Positions 26,403 through 34,977 of a stretch of 64,000 nucleotides of DNA are shown here, piece by piece. The position numbers and the translations under genes were made by a program. The DNA is from Candidatus Saccharimonadia bacterium (GTDB lineage Bacteria; Patescibacteriota; Saccharimonadia; UBA4664): positions 3,069-67,068 of the forward strand of contig DASXHH010000008.1 in NCBI GenBank assembly GCA_036488585.1, in the 5' to 3' direction. Numbering within the stretch: position 1 is the stretch's first letter; each line of letters opens with the position of its first letter. The notes below the pieces were generated by a model, which saw nothing but the letters and a program-made list of their open reading frames with translations, made no database searches and was not told the DNA's origin.

Positions 26403-27518
26403 TTAGCCCTCGAACTGTAGTTTTTTGCGACGCACAGCCACACTCTCGAGCAAACCCAGCGCTGCCATGCCCACAATCAGGCTTGTGCCGCCATAGCTCA
26501 CAAACGGCAGCGGGATTCCTGTAACCGGTGCGATCCCCATATTCATACCGGCGTTAATAAATACATGGAACATCAGCATGGCCGAAATCCCAGTCGCCAA
26601 GAACATACCAAACCGGTCCTGCGAAGTGTATGCAATGCGCACTCCACGAAACAACAGCACTCCAAATAGCAGCAACAGTAGCGCACCCCCCACGAATCCC
26701 ATCTTTTCGTTAAGCACCGCGAAAATAAAATCGGTGTGCTGGGCCAATGATGGCAAAAAGTTGAGCTGACTTTGCGAACCAGCCGCCAAACCTCGCCCAA
26801 AAATTTGCCCCGACCCTACTGTGATCGTCGACTGCACCGCATTGTAACCAGTGTGCAGAGGATCGGAAGTCGGGTTAATGAACGTCTCAAGCCGCGCCCG
26901 CTGAAACGGTTGTAGCATCTTGATACCCACCGGCAGCAGCGCCGCGGCCACACCGGCCAAAATCAACAGATGCAGCTTCCGCACCCGACTCACTAACACC
27001 ATCGCCAGCCAAATCGCCACCAATACCAGCGCCGTTCCCAAGTCCGGCTGCTTCATCACCAGCGCCATTGGCACCGCCAAATACACCAACGACAGCGCCA
27101 GGTACTTCGGCCGTTCCAGCTGCTCATAATGTTGCGCGAAAAATTTTGCTAACACCACAATCAGTATCAGCTTGGCAAACTCTGACGGCTGAAATTGGAA
27201 GAACCCCAGCGAAACCCACCGCTGGGCGCCCAATACCGCGTGCGAGGTCACGAGCACCAGCACCAGCAACGCCACCATCGCGCCGTACAACCACCACACC
27301 ACTTTTGACCAGGCCCTGTAATCGCTACGAGCCACTGCAAAAAACGCTCCCAAACCCATTAGTGCGAACACGATCTGGTGCACCACGTCGGTATAACCGG
27401 TAATTTTGGTAGCCTTAAACGACGTCGCCCAGATTACCAGTAGGCCCAACGCCACCAGCAACATCATCACGCCAAACACTATCCAATCGAAATTCTTCCA
27501 AAAACGCGATCTAAACAT
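26403..27518 (-). CDS. SEDS-family peptidoglycan glycosyltransferase (FtsW/RodA/SpoVE)
   Basis: 10-TM topology. C-terminal …NPTSDPLHTGYNAVQSTITVGSGQIFGRGL…IPLPFVSYGGTSLIV is typical of FtsW/RodA. The two cannot be told apart from sequence alone. Confidence 0.8.
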   Translation of the reverse strand: MFRSRFWKNFDWIVFGVMMLLVALGLLVIWATSFKATKITGYTDVVHQIVFALMGLGAFFAVARSDYRAWSKVVWWLYGAMVALLVLVLVTSHAVLGAQRWVSLGFFQFQPSEFAKLILIVVLAKFFAQHYEQLERPKYLALSLVYLAVPMALVMKQPDLGTALVLVAIWLAMVLVSRVRKLHLLILAGVAAALLPVGIKMLQPFQRARLETFINPTSDPLHTGYNAVQSTITVGSGQIFGRGLAAGSQSQLNFLPSLAQHTDFIFAVLNEKMGFVGGALLLLLFGVLLFRGVRIAYTSQDRFGMFLATGISAMLMFHVFINAGMNMGIAPVTGIPLPFVSYGGTSLIVGMAALGLLESVAVRRKKLQFEG

Positions 27519-27588
27519 GCCGCCGACCGGGCCTCAGTTACCCCCCTATCTTATCCTACGAGCCCACCATTTTGTACGCCTATCATAC

Positions 27589-27617
27589 TTGACCTTACAA
27601 GGTCAGTGTGGTATAAC
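27589..27617 (+). promoter_or_regulatory. Near-consensus sigma70-type promoter (TTGACC-17 nt-TGgTATAAC) with an embedded perfect palindrome GACCTTacAAGGTC, firing antisense to the ftsW leader
   Basis: -35 TTGACC at 27589-27594. Extended -10 TGGTATAAC at 27609-27617. Palindrome at 27591-27604 overlaps the -35 and spacer. Confidence 0.35.
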
Positions 27618-27712
27618 CTTTATGGCAAAGGACGCCAGGTTACCGGCCGCCGGCCTGTTATCGACCGCCGGCCCCGTAACCGCCGTAGTCACTCAACCCC
27701 GAGGAGCGGTTG

Positions 27713-27928
27713 ATGCTCACACTACTCGGCAGTATCCGCAGAAGGCTCACCATCCACGACACCTCGAGCACCCGCTTCCATGCGGCACTGAAGGCACTAC
27801 CGACCAGGACTGACGACAGGTCGTCGGCCTGGCGCCAGGCCGCCCTTATGCAGCCTGAGCTGCATCCGTGTCTCGACAGCGGCCCGCTCCACGGGTCAGC
27901 CCTCCGCACCACCACCCGCCACCTCTAG
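27713..27928 (+). CDS. Possible small basic protein (71 aa) downstream of the orphan promoter; could instead be a non-coding transcript
   Basis: SD GAGGAG at 27701-27706 sits 6 nt before the ATG at 27713. The protein is Arg-rich with no homology signal, so coding status is uncertain. Confidence 0.25.
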   Translation: MLTLLGSIRRRLTIHDTSSTRFHAALKALPTRTDDRSSAWRQAALMQPELHPCLDSGPLHGSALRTTTRHL

Positions 27929-27980
27929 TCCACTAGACCCCCGCGGCCAAGTAGCGCACCTCGCGCCACCTGACCACCAA

Positions 27981-28016
27981 GCGGCCCTCGGTTCCACTCC
28001 CGGAACCAAGGGCCGC
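27981..28016. terminator. 15-bp hairpin (gcggccctcggttcc / ggaaccaagggccgc) just downstream of the ileS stop; probable terminator for ileS and/or the plus-strand small transcript
   Basis: Near-perfect 15-bp inverted repeat with a 6-nt loop. U-tracts are weak in both directions. Confidence 0.35.
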
Positions 28017-28044
28017 TGCTCATTTAGGTACCGGCTCCCCAGGA

Positions 28045-30927
28045 CTAATCGCCGTGTTTATTTACTCCCACAAACAGCTCGGCGCCGTTCACCCTCACCG
28101 GCACCTGGTCGTCCGCACCCTCGGTCTCAAGCTTCACCGCCAACGTCTCAGCCTTAATCGTCTCGGCATGCGCCTGCACCGCCTCCGCCAGCTCCCGGTC
28201 GGCGGTCTGGAGAGTCAACACAATCCGGTCATTCACCTCCAACCCTACCTGTTTTCGCGCGTTCTGCACGTGTCGCACAACGTCGCGCATCATGCCCTCA
28301 GCCCGCAGCTCCGGCGTAATCACCACGTCCAACGTCACTTTGATGCCTTTTCCAGTTACCACCTCTTTCACATTCACCTCTTCTGCCACAATGCTCATCA
28401 GATCTTTAGGCAGAGCCGGAATGGTCACTTTGCGCAAAGGCTGCCGCACCTTAATCTTGTGCTCGCCACGCTGAGCCAGCGCCTCTGTGATGTACTCGCG
28501 GGCTCGAGCCATGTCATCCAGCAGCTTCTCGTCCACCTCGCCCACCTCCGGCCAATCGCTCAAATGCACCGACTTGGCCTCGTCCATGCCTCCGGTCAGA
28601 CCGCGCCATAACTTATCAGCCACAAACGGGCTCCATGGCGCCAGCAGTTGTGCAATCTTACAAAGCACGTAGTGCAAAGTCACATAGGCCTGCTGCTTGT
28701 CGCCATCGTCCTCGCTCTTCCAAAACCGCCGGCGGCTCCTGCGTACATACCAGTTCGATAAATCGTCCACCAGCTCCCGCACCGGCCGCAGCGCCCGCGC
28801 CAGCTGGTAAGCATCAGCCGCTTCGGTCACCTCGGCCACCGTCTGGTTGAGCCGCGCCACGATCCACTGGTCTAGCAAATTATCGCTTCTCGGTGCTACC
28901 AGTTTGCCCTTCGGTTGCCAGCCATCAATTTCCGCGTACATGCTCAAAAACGAATACGAGTTCCATAATGTACCAAACACATTGCGCTGAATGTCCCGCA
29001 TAGCATCGCGGTTAAACCGCATATAATCGGCACCTACCGCCTGATCGTTACCGAGCAGATAGAATCGCAGCGTGTCGGCCCCTTCGGCTGCAAACACCTC
29101 CTCCACCGGCGGATAATTTCGCAGCCGCTTCGAGAGTTTCTGGCCATCCGCCGCCATCACCATGCCGTTCACCAGCACGTTCTTGTACGCCGGCTTGCCA
29201 AACGCAATCGTCGACAGCACGTGCAGTACGTAAAACCACAGCCGGGTCTGGTCCAAGCCTTCGCCGATGTAATCCGCCGGGAAGCTGTCCTCAAACACGG
29301 CCTCGTTTTCAAACGGGTAGTGTTGCTGGGCCACCGGCATCGAGCCACTCTCAAACCAGCAGTCAAACACCTCTTCCACCCGTCGATAAACTTTGCCATC
29401 CTTCTCGATCACCACGTCGTCGATACCCGGCCGGTGCAGATCCTCTGGCTTACCCTCAAGGCCCGCCAGCTCCACCAGCTCGTCCAGGCTCTTTACCACC
29501 AGGTAATCGTTGGCATCGGCCACATTTACCCAAATCGGCAACGGCGCGCCCCAGTACCTGTTGCGCGAAATTGCCCAGTCGCGCGCACCCTCCAGCCACT
29601 TTCCAAACCGCCCGCGCTTAATGTGCTCCGGCTGCCAGTTAATATCGGCCGCCGTCCGCAACAACTCATCCCGAATCTTTGACACAGCCACAAACCAGGT
29701 GTTAATCGCGTAATACAATAGCGGCCCATCGCACCGGTAGCAAAACGGATAGGTGTGCGCAAAAGTCAGCGCCTCGTAGACCGCCCCGACCTCGGTCAGG
29801 TGCTCAATAATCTTCTCGTCGGCCTCCTTGAAAAACACGTCGCGCACGTCCTTGAGCGGTACATTGTCAGTGAGCTTCCCATCCGGCTTCACTGTCGTGA
29901 GTACCGGAATATGGTGCTCCTCGGCCAGGCTCAAGTCCGCCTCGCCAAACGCCGGCGCCACATGCAGCACACCCGAGCCGTCCTCCACCGACACCTCGTC
30001 AAATGCCCACACCTTAAACAAATTGTCGTTTTCTTTCAGGTCGGTTAACTTAAACAACGGCTCGTACCGCTTGCCCACAAGCTCCTCGGCCTCAAGCTCC
30101 CGCACCACCTCGTACTGGTCGTCCTTCAACGCCCCCAGCCGTTCCTTGGCCAACACCAGCGTCTCGGTCGCACCGTCGTAGCGCGTCACCTTCACGTACA
30201 CGTATTTGGCACCCGGCTTCACCGCGATGGCCGCGTTGCCCGGCAAACTCCACGGCGTGGTTGTCCAACCCAGCAACGACGCGTCCTCCCCCACCAGCTT
30301 AAACTTCACGTACAGGCTCGGATCCGGCACATTATCCCGGTACCCCTCGTTCACCTCGAAGTTGCTCAATGGCGTCTCGCACCGCGGGCAGTACGGCATG
30401 CTTTTGTAGCCTCGGTACAGCAAGCCCTTCTCGTTCACTTTCCCGAGCATCCACCACACGCTCTCCGTATAGCTCGTGTCGATGGTTTGATACGAATGCT
30501 CCGTATCTGTCCAACGCCCAATCCGCCGGAAAAACTCCTCCCACTCACCCTTATACTTGAATACGCTCGCCCGGCAGGCGTCGTTAAATTTTTGCAGTCC
30601 CAGCTCCAGAATCTGCTTCTTGCCGCTCACGCCAAACTCTTTCTCGATCGCGAATTCCACTGGTAGTCCATGGCAATCCCAACCGTTGCGCCGCTCCACG
30701 TACTCACCCCGCATGGTGTGATACCGGCCGAGCGCGTCCTTAATGCTCGTCACCAGCGAGTGCCCAAAGTGCGGCAACCCATTAGCAAACGGCGGTCCAT
30801 CATAAAACGAGTACCGCTTGGCGCCCTTACGCTGCTCAAAGCTCTGCTCAAACGTCTTTTCGCTCTCCCAAGCCTTAAGCATTTCGGCTTCAAAGGCAGG
30901 AAAATCGGCTACTGGGGCTTTCTTCAT
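28045..30927 (-). CDS. ileS: Isoleucine--tRNA ligase, type 2 (eukaryote-like) form
   Basis: YDGPPFANGLPHFGHSL (type-2 HIGH region), KLSKRL (KMSKS), Zn-less class I editing architecture, 960 aa. Confidence 0.85.
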   Translation of the reverse strand: MKKAPVADFPAFEAEMLKAWESEKTFEQSFEQRKGAKRYSFYDGPPFANGLPHFGHSLVTSIKDALGRYHTMRGEYVERRNGWDCHGLPVEFAIEKEFGVSGKKQILELGLQKFNDACRASVFKYKGEWEEFFRRIGRWTDTEHSYQTIDTSYTESVWWMLGKVNEKGLLYRGYKSMPYCPRCETPLSNFEVNEGYRDNVPDPSLYVKFKLVGEDASLLGWTTTPWSLPGNAAIAVKPGAKYVYVKVTRYDGATETLVLAKERLGALKDDQYEVVRELEAEELVGKRYEPLFKLTDLKENDNLFKVWAFDEVSVEDGSGVLHVAPAFGEADLSLAEEHHIPVLTTVKPDGKLTDNVPLKDVRDVFFKEADEKIIEHLTEVGAVYEALTFAHTYPFCYRCDGPLLYYAINTWFVAVSKIRDELLRTAADINWQPEHIKRGRFGKWLEGARDWAISRNRYWGAPLPIWVNVADANDYLVVKSLDELVELAGLEGKPEDLHRPGIDDVVIEKDGKVYRRVEEVFDCWFESGSMPVAQQHYPFENEAVFEDSFPADYIGEGLDQTRLWFYVLHVLSTIAFGKPAYKNVLVNGMVMAADGQKLSKRLRNYPPVEEVFAAEGADTLRFYLLGNDQAVGADYMRFNRDAMRDIQRNVFGTLWNSYSFLSMYAEIDGWQPKGKLVAPRSDNLLDQWIVARLNQTVAEVTEAADAYQLARALRPVRELVDDLSNWYVRRSRRRFWKSEDDGDKQQAYVTLHYVLCKIAQLLAPWSPFVADKLWRGLTGGMDEAKSVHLSDWPEVGEVDEKLLDDMARAREYITEALAQRGEHKIKVRQPLRKVTIPALPKDLMSIVAEEVNVKEVVTGKGIKVTLDVVITPELRAEGMMRDVVRHVQNARKQVGLEVNDRIVLTLQTADRELAEAVQAHAETIKAETLAVKLETEGADDQVPVRVNGAELFVGVNKHGD

Positions 30928-31207
30928 AACTGCTCCTCATAAAACAAAAACCATCCGGACTTGCGCAGGGACCTTTTCAGGCGGTACCACCCTGCTTTCC
31001 AGATGGACACTTCATTCTTCTCGCTTAACGTCCGAGACTATTACGTCGGGTTCTACTTGCCTGCCCTTCAGCTGGCGTTCTTCCTGCAGCTTTCGCGGTT
31101 GATAGCCGCTCACTCTTTCGAGACGCTTTTAGCTTGTTGTAGGTATACAATACCACATTTATTGGAAGGCGCCTAGCGTTTCAAGTGGGTAAATAATCCG
31201 CTTATGC
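30928..31207 (-). promoter_or_regulatory. T-box riboswitch leader of ileS
   Basis: On the minus strand AGGGTGGTACCGCC (plus 30981-30994) matches the conserved T-box AGGGUGGNACCGCG. A long hairpin (CCATCTGGA…GCAGGG / CCCTGC…TCCGGATGG) and TTTTTGTTTT follow, then SD GAGGAG and the ileS ATG. The 280-nt leader fills the whole intergenic gap. Confidence 0.55.
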
Positions 31208-31810
31208 TTAGGGCTTCACCCCGTACCGCACGTGCGTAACAACCGGGGTTGAGTGGACATCCAGCACCTTCAGCTTCTGCGTCGAAACATCCTCAAATAA
31301 CCGCTTGCCATCACCAAAAATTACCGGCGCTATGTGGAGCCACAGTTCGTCGATCAGACCAGCCGCCAGATATTGGTTGACGGTATCGGCACCGCCCATG
31401 ATCGCCACGTCACGGTCGCCAGCGGCTTCTCGAGCCTGGCGCAGCGCCGACTCGATGCCATCGGTCACAAAGTAGAATGTGGTGCCGCCTTCCATCTCTA
31501 TAGGCTCGCGCTCGCGATGCGTAAGCACGAAGACCGGCGCATGATATGGCGGGTTGTCGCCCCACCACCCGCGCCAGGTTTTATCGTAGGTGGCGCCGAT
31601 GGGACCGTACATGTTGCGGCCGATTATAAAGGCACCGGCATCGGTCAGCGATTTGAGCTCAGCGGTGTGCTTGCCCTGCTCGGCTTCATCAAACTGCCAA
31701 TTATGTAGCAGTTCCGGCTGCATATCGCCAAACGGGTGCTCTTCGGTCATACGATGCCCGGCCACGCAATTATCAACCGAGACCGAGATACTACATTTTA
31801 CTTTAGCCAT
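31208..31810 (-). CDS. Dihydrofolate-reductase-family protein (RibD C-terminal domain / YwjB-like reductase)
   Basis: …AFIIGRNMYGPIG…PVFVLTHRE…FVTDGIESALRQAREAAGDRDVAIMGGADTVNQYLAAGLIDELWLHIAPVIFGDGKRLFE fits the RibD_C/DHFR fold family pattern. Confidence 0.6.
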   Translation of the reverse strand: MAKVKCSISVSVDNCVAGHRMTEEHPFGDMQPELLHNWQFDEAEQGKHTAELKSLTDAGAFIIGRNMYGPIGATYDKTWRGWWGDNPPYHAPVFVLTHREREPIEMEGGTTFYFVTDGIESALRQAREAAGDRDVAIMGGADTVNQYLAAGLIDELWLHIAPVIFGDGKRLFEDVSTQKLKVLDVHSTPVVTHVRYGVKP

Positions 31811-32071
31811 TTAACCTCCCAATAATGCATGCACGCCGTACTGCAGGCCCTGCAATACGAAAAACGCCACCAGCGGCGCCCAATCCACCATGCCGCTCTG
31901 CGGCAACGCTCGCCGGATCGGCACCAACAGCGGCTCCGTTAGGTTAATCAATGCCGCATACAGCGGGTTCTGCGGGCTGAGCAGATAGCTCGACACCACT
32001 CGCGCGATCAACAAAATGTTGAACACCGACACAAATATGTCGACGAATTTCAGTGCCACGAGCCAGATCAT
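31811..32071 (-). CDS. YggT/Ycf19-family small membrane protein
   Basis: Two TM helices with …LIARVVSSYL…, typical of YggT in ftsZ-proximal clusters of Gram-positives. Confidence 0.5.
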   Translation of the reverse strand: MIWLVALKFVDIFVSVFNILLIARVVSSYLLSPQNPLYAALINLTEPLLVPIRRALPQSGMVDWAPLVAFFVLQGLQYGVHALLGG

Positions 32072-32093
32072 TGCCTTATGCTACCATTCCGGC

Positions 32094-32363
32094 TCACCCG
32101 TGAGCCAAATAATCGACCTCGGTCGGGGTGGGCAAACCCTCCTCGCCCTGCCAAATCTGTACCGGACTGCCGTCCTCGCGGATCAGCGCTACCGCCGGCC
32201 GACCCATAATATCGTAATTTTCGACCAGCTGAATCCCACGCGCGCTATCAGCGTCCAGCAGCTCAACTTCCAGCTGAGCCTCCTCCAACCGTTTGGCCAT
32301 GTCTTCGGCTTGGCGCTGGGCGGGCGTATCGCGGTTATAAATGACGTAGACAACCATTAGCAC
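32094..32363 (-). CDS. Hypothetical small protein (89 aa)
   Basis: ORF in an operon-like position between ftsZ and yggT. No recognisable motif (no CxxC). Confidence 0.35.
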   Translation of the reverse strand: MLMVVYVIYNRDTPAQRQAEDMAKRLEEAQLEVELLDADSARGIQLVENYDIMGRPAVALIREDGSPVQIWQGEEGLPTPTEVDYLAHG

Positions 32364-32440
32364 TAATTATAGCACCCGGCCAAGCCAGGATGGCTGGTCC
32401 AGACAGTACTCTGCCCGGACCAGCCATTTCGCCCCAGTAG

Positions 32441-33283
32441 TCAAGCCGCCACTCGTTGTGGCTCGGAGATCGTACACGACCAGACGGGCCAACAGGTAGC
32501 CGGCGACTCGTTGTCGATAATTCCAAGAGCCATCGCGGACAATGCCCGCCAGGTCGGAATATGTGGAGGCTCGAACGGTTTGAACCAGGCAGGTGGCCCA
32601 TCGGGGTAGCACATGAGGATGTCGAGCGCCTCGATGTCGCCGTCGAGCAATTCTCTGAACTGCCCGTCGGGTGTACCCTGCCGCGACCAACCCGCATGCA
32701 CCAGTCTGGCAAACGCCACCTCCGACGGATCCACGGCTACTGCTAGCTCCTTTTCGGCAGCCCGCAACAGCGAGCGGGCTGCCAGATCCACTAGGCCCTG
32801 GGCCGCATCAAGAGTAACCGACGTACCGGTCATCTCCTCCGCGACGCCAGATTTGACGCCCCTCGACAGCAAGCCGTAGCGGTAGCCTCGCCCTCGAATC
32901 TGCCTGATCTCAAGCAGTATCCGGGAGAAAGCTACCACCGCCTCGTAGTCGGAGGCCTGCGGCATGCTCAGGAATTCCCTCAGCTCGCCCACGACTTCAT
33001 CGAAGTTGGACCCATGCACTCGCAAGATCGGAGCGCCTCGGAATTTGAGCGGCCAACCCCAGTTATCGAGCAGCGGGCCCAGACTGCTCCATTCCTGGGC
33101 ACTTTCCCGGGGCCACTGGATAGGCAGCCAAGCTGAGGCAAACTCGGCTATGGCACCCTCCAATTCGCTAATCTGAGCGTCGAATATCGGACGCACCCAG
33201 CGACGACGCCAAGTTTCTACGGACCGTTCCGCGGCCATCAGAAACTTGTCCAATGACACTGCCAAGACCATCACCTTCCTCAA
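32441..33283 (-). CDS. Hypothetical protein (280 aa) directly downstream of ftsZ
   Basis: ORF with coding-like composition. No domain recognised. Confidence 0.4.
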   Translation of the reverse strand: MRKVMVLAVSLDKFLMAAERSVETWRRRWVRPIFDAQISELEGAIAEFASAWLPIQWPRESAQEWSSLGPLLDNWGWPLKFRGAPILRVHGSNFDEVVGELREFLSMPQASDYEAVVAFSRILLEIRQIRGRGYRYGLLSRGVKSGVAEEMTGTSVTLDAAQGLVDLAARSLLRAAEKELAVAVDPSEVAFARLVHAGWSRQGTPDGQFRELLDGDIEALDILMCYPDGPPAWFKPFEPPHIPTWRALSAMALGIIDNESPATCWPVWSCTISEPQRVAA

Positions 33284-33324
33284 AGTCCAAGCGTAACTAC
33301 TGAAAGCTCAAAAGCAATATATCA

Positions 33325-34722
33325 TTAATCGACTTTGCGACGAATAAAAGCTGGTACGTCCAGGTCATCGTCTTCAAGCGGCAAGCCCAGCTCGGCATCC
33401 GACGCCACCGGCGCACTGCGGGGTTGCTGTGTCGGTGGCTCCATCCGTGTCTCGTAAACTGGCTCCACCTGCTCCTCTTCCATCGAATTGTCCTCCGGCT
33501 CAATCGAGGCCAGTGGCGCAAATCGGCGCGGCGGCGCGGGCTGCGGTTGCGGCATCTGGATCGGCACCACATCTGGCTCTGGCTCCACCTGCGGCCGCTC
33601 GTTAATAAACGGCTGGCGTGGCGCGGGCATTACAGGCGGGTAATACGGCTCTGGCTCCGGTTCCGGCTCTGGCTCCATCATCACCGGCTGCGGCACCGGC
33701 TCAGCCACCACGGTACGCACAGGCACCTCGCGTTCAACTGTAGTCTCAGTGCGTCTCACCGCCTGCTGATGAGCGTCAAAACCGGTAGCCACCACCGTAA
33801 TCTGTAGATCATCATCCATATTCTCATCGAGCACGGCGCCAAAGATAATGTTGGCGTCTGGATCCACGGCGTCCGTAATGGTCTTAGCCGCCTCGTCGAT
33901 CTCATGCATAGTCATGTTCTTGCCGCCGGTGATATTAAACAGCACGCCCCGTGCACCTTCTACGCTGGTCTCGAGCAACGGCGAATCAATCGCCTGCCGA
34001 GCCGCCTGCGTAGCGCGGTTATCGCCCGACGCCCGCCCGATGCCCATTAGCGCCGACCCAGCGTTTGCCATAATGGCCTTCACATCGGCAAAGTCCAGGT
34101 TAATCAAACCGTGGATCGTAATCAGGTTCGAAATACCCTGGACGCCCTGCTGTAGCACCTCATCCACTATTCCAAACGCATCCACCAGCGACGTCTTGCG
34201 GTCAATCATCTGGAGTAACCGGTCATTCGGAATCGTAATCAGAGTATCAACGTTATCTTTGAGCTCAACAATGCCCGTGTCCGCACTTCGACGCCGTCGC
34301 TCACCTTCAAATGTAAACGGCTTCGTCACGATGGCCACCACTAATGCACCAGCTTCCCGGGCTGCTGAGGCGATTAGTGGTGCTGCCCCAGTACCGGTAC
34401 CGCCGCCTTCACCTAGGGTCAGGAATACCATATCTGCGCCCTTTACGGCTTCATAAACCTCTTTCTCGCTCTCTTCGGCTGCTTTACGGCCAACATCGGG
34501 GTCAGCCCCCGCACCAAGGCCACGCGTGGTCTCGCGACCAATATGAATTTTATGCCGAGCCTTGGAATGCAGTAATGCCTGGGCATCGGTATTAATGACC
34601 ACAAACTCCACGCCCTGCAGCTTGGCTTCGATCATGCGATTCACCGCCGACCCTCCACCACCGCCACATCCTATTACTTTTATCCGGGCTGAAGTATCAA
34701 CCTCGGGCAGAATCTCGGCCAT
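33325..34722 (-). CDS. ftsZ: Cell division GTPase FtsZ with a long Pro/Glu-rich C-terminal linker
   Basis: [16 protein letters not shown] (tubulin GGGTG(S/T)G signature) and T7 loop. Linker holds [10 protein letters not shown] and PQPQPAPP repeats. C-terminal [12 protein letters not shown] is the conserved FtsA/ZipA-binding tail. Confidence 0.9.
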   Translation of the reverse strand: MAEILPEVDTSARIKVIGCGGGGGSAVNRMIEAKLQGVEFVVINTDAQALLHSKARHKIHIGRETTRGLGAGADPDVGRKAAEESEKEVYEAVKGADMVFLTLGEGGGTGTGAAPLIASAAREAGALVVAIVTKPFTFEGERRRRSADTGIVELKDNVDTLITIPNDRLLQMIDRKTSLVDAFGIVDEVLQQGVQGISNLITIHGLINLDFADVKAIMANAGSALMGIGRASGDNRATQAARQAIDSPLLETSVEGARGVLFNITGGKNMTMHEIDEAAKTITDAVDPDANIIFGAVLDENMDDDLQITVVATGFDAHQQAVRRTETTVEREVPVRTVVAEPVPQPVMMEPEPEPEPEPYYPPVMPAPRQPFINERPQVEPEPDVVPIQMPQPQPAPPRRFAPLASIEPEDNSMEEEQVEPVYETRMEPPTQQPRSAPVASDAELGLPLEDDDLDVPAFIRRKVD

Positions 34723-34977
34723 GTTTGACGCTCCTTACCACCTGAACCCGCGCATAATGCTCTTGCGAGTACATGCCGAATATACAACAGGCCCCAAAAA
34801 CAATGCAAATTTCTTATTCAACATTTTTTTGGCTTTGCATTGTACAATTTCTTTATACGAAACTCGACTTTTTGACCGCTAGCAAAGCCTTGCCTCATAG
34901 CACAAAACCAAGCCCTCGTTGCACAAATAAAAAACTCAGGCTACCAACCTGAGTAAAAGTTTTCCACAGCTTCAAAA

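Noticed and set aside
27519-28044. tmRNA, RNase P RNA, SRP RNA or 6S RNA in the 526-nt gap between ileS and ftsW
   Set aside because: I scanned by eye for AGGAAAGTCCGGGCTCC (RNase P P4), the GGUUCGA(U/A)UCC tRNA-like end with the tag ORF (tmRNA), and the SRP domain-IV GGAAGCAGCC motif. None was present, so I only report the promoter/sORF/hairpin actually seen.
28054-30942. Numerous antisense ORFs within ileS (e.g. 28054-28611, 29221-29682, 29755-30048)
   Set aside because: They are antisense to a clearly recognisable, continuous class I synthetase gene, with His/Arg/Leu-rich artefactual composition.
33297-34595. ORFs 33297-33572(-), 33424-33807(+), 33848-34456(+), 34344-34595(+) around ftsZ
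   Set aside because: These are alternative-frame or antisense reads through ftsZ and its Pro/Glu-repeat linker. His/Arg/Trp-rich artefacts.
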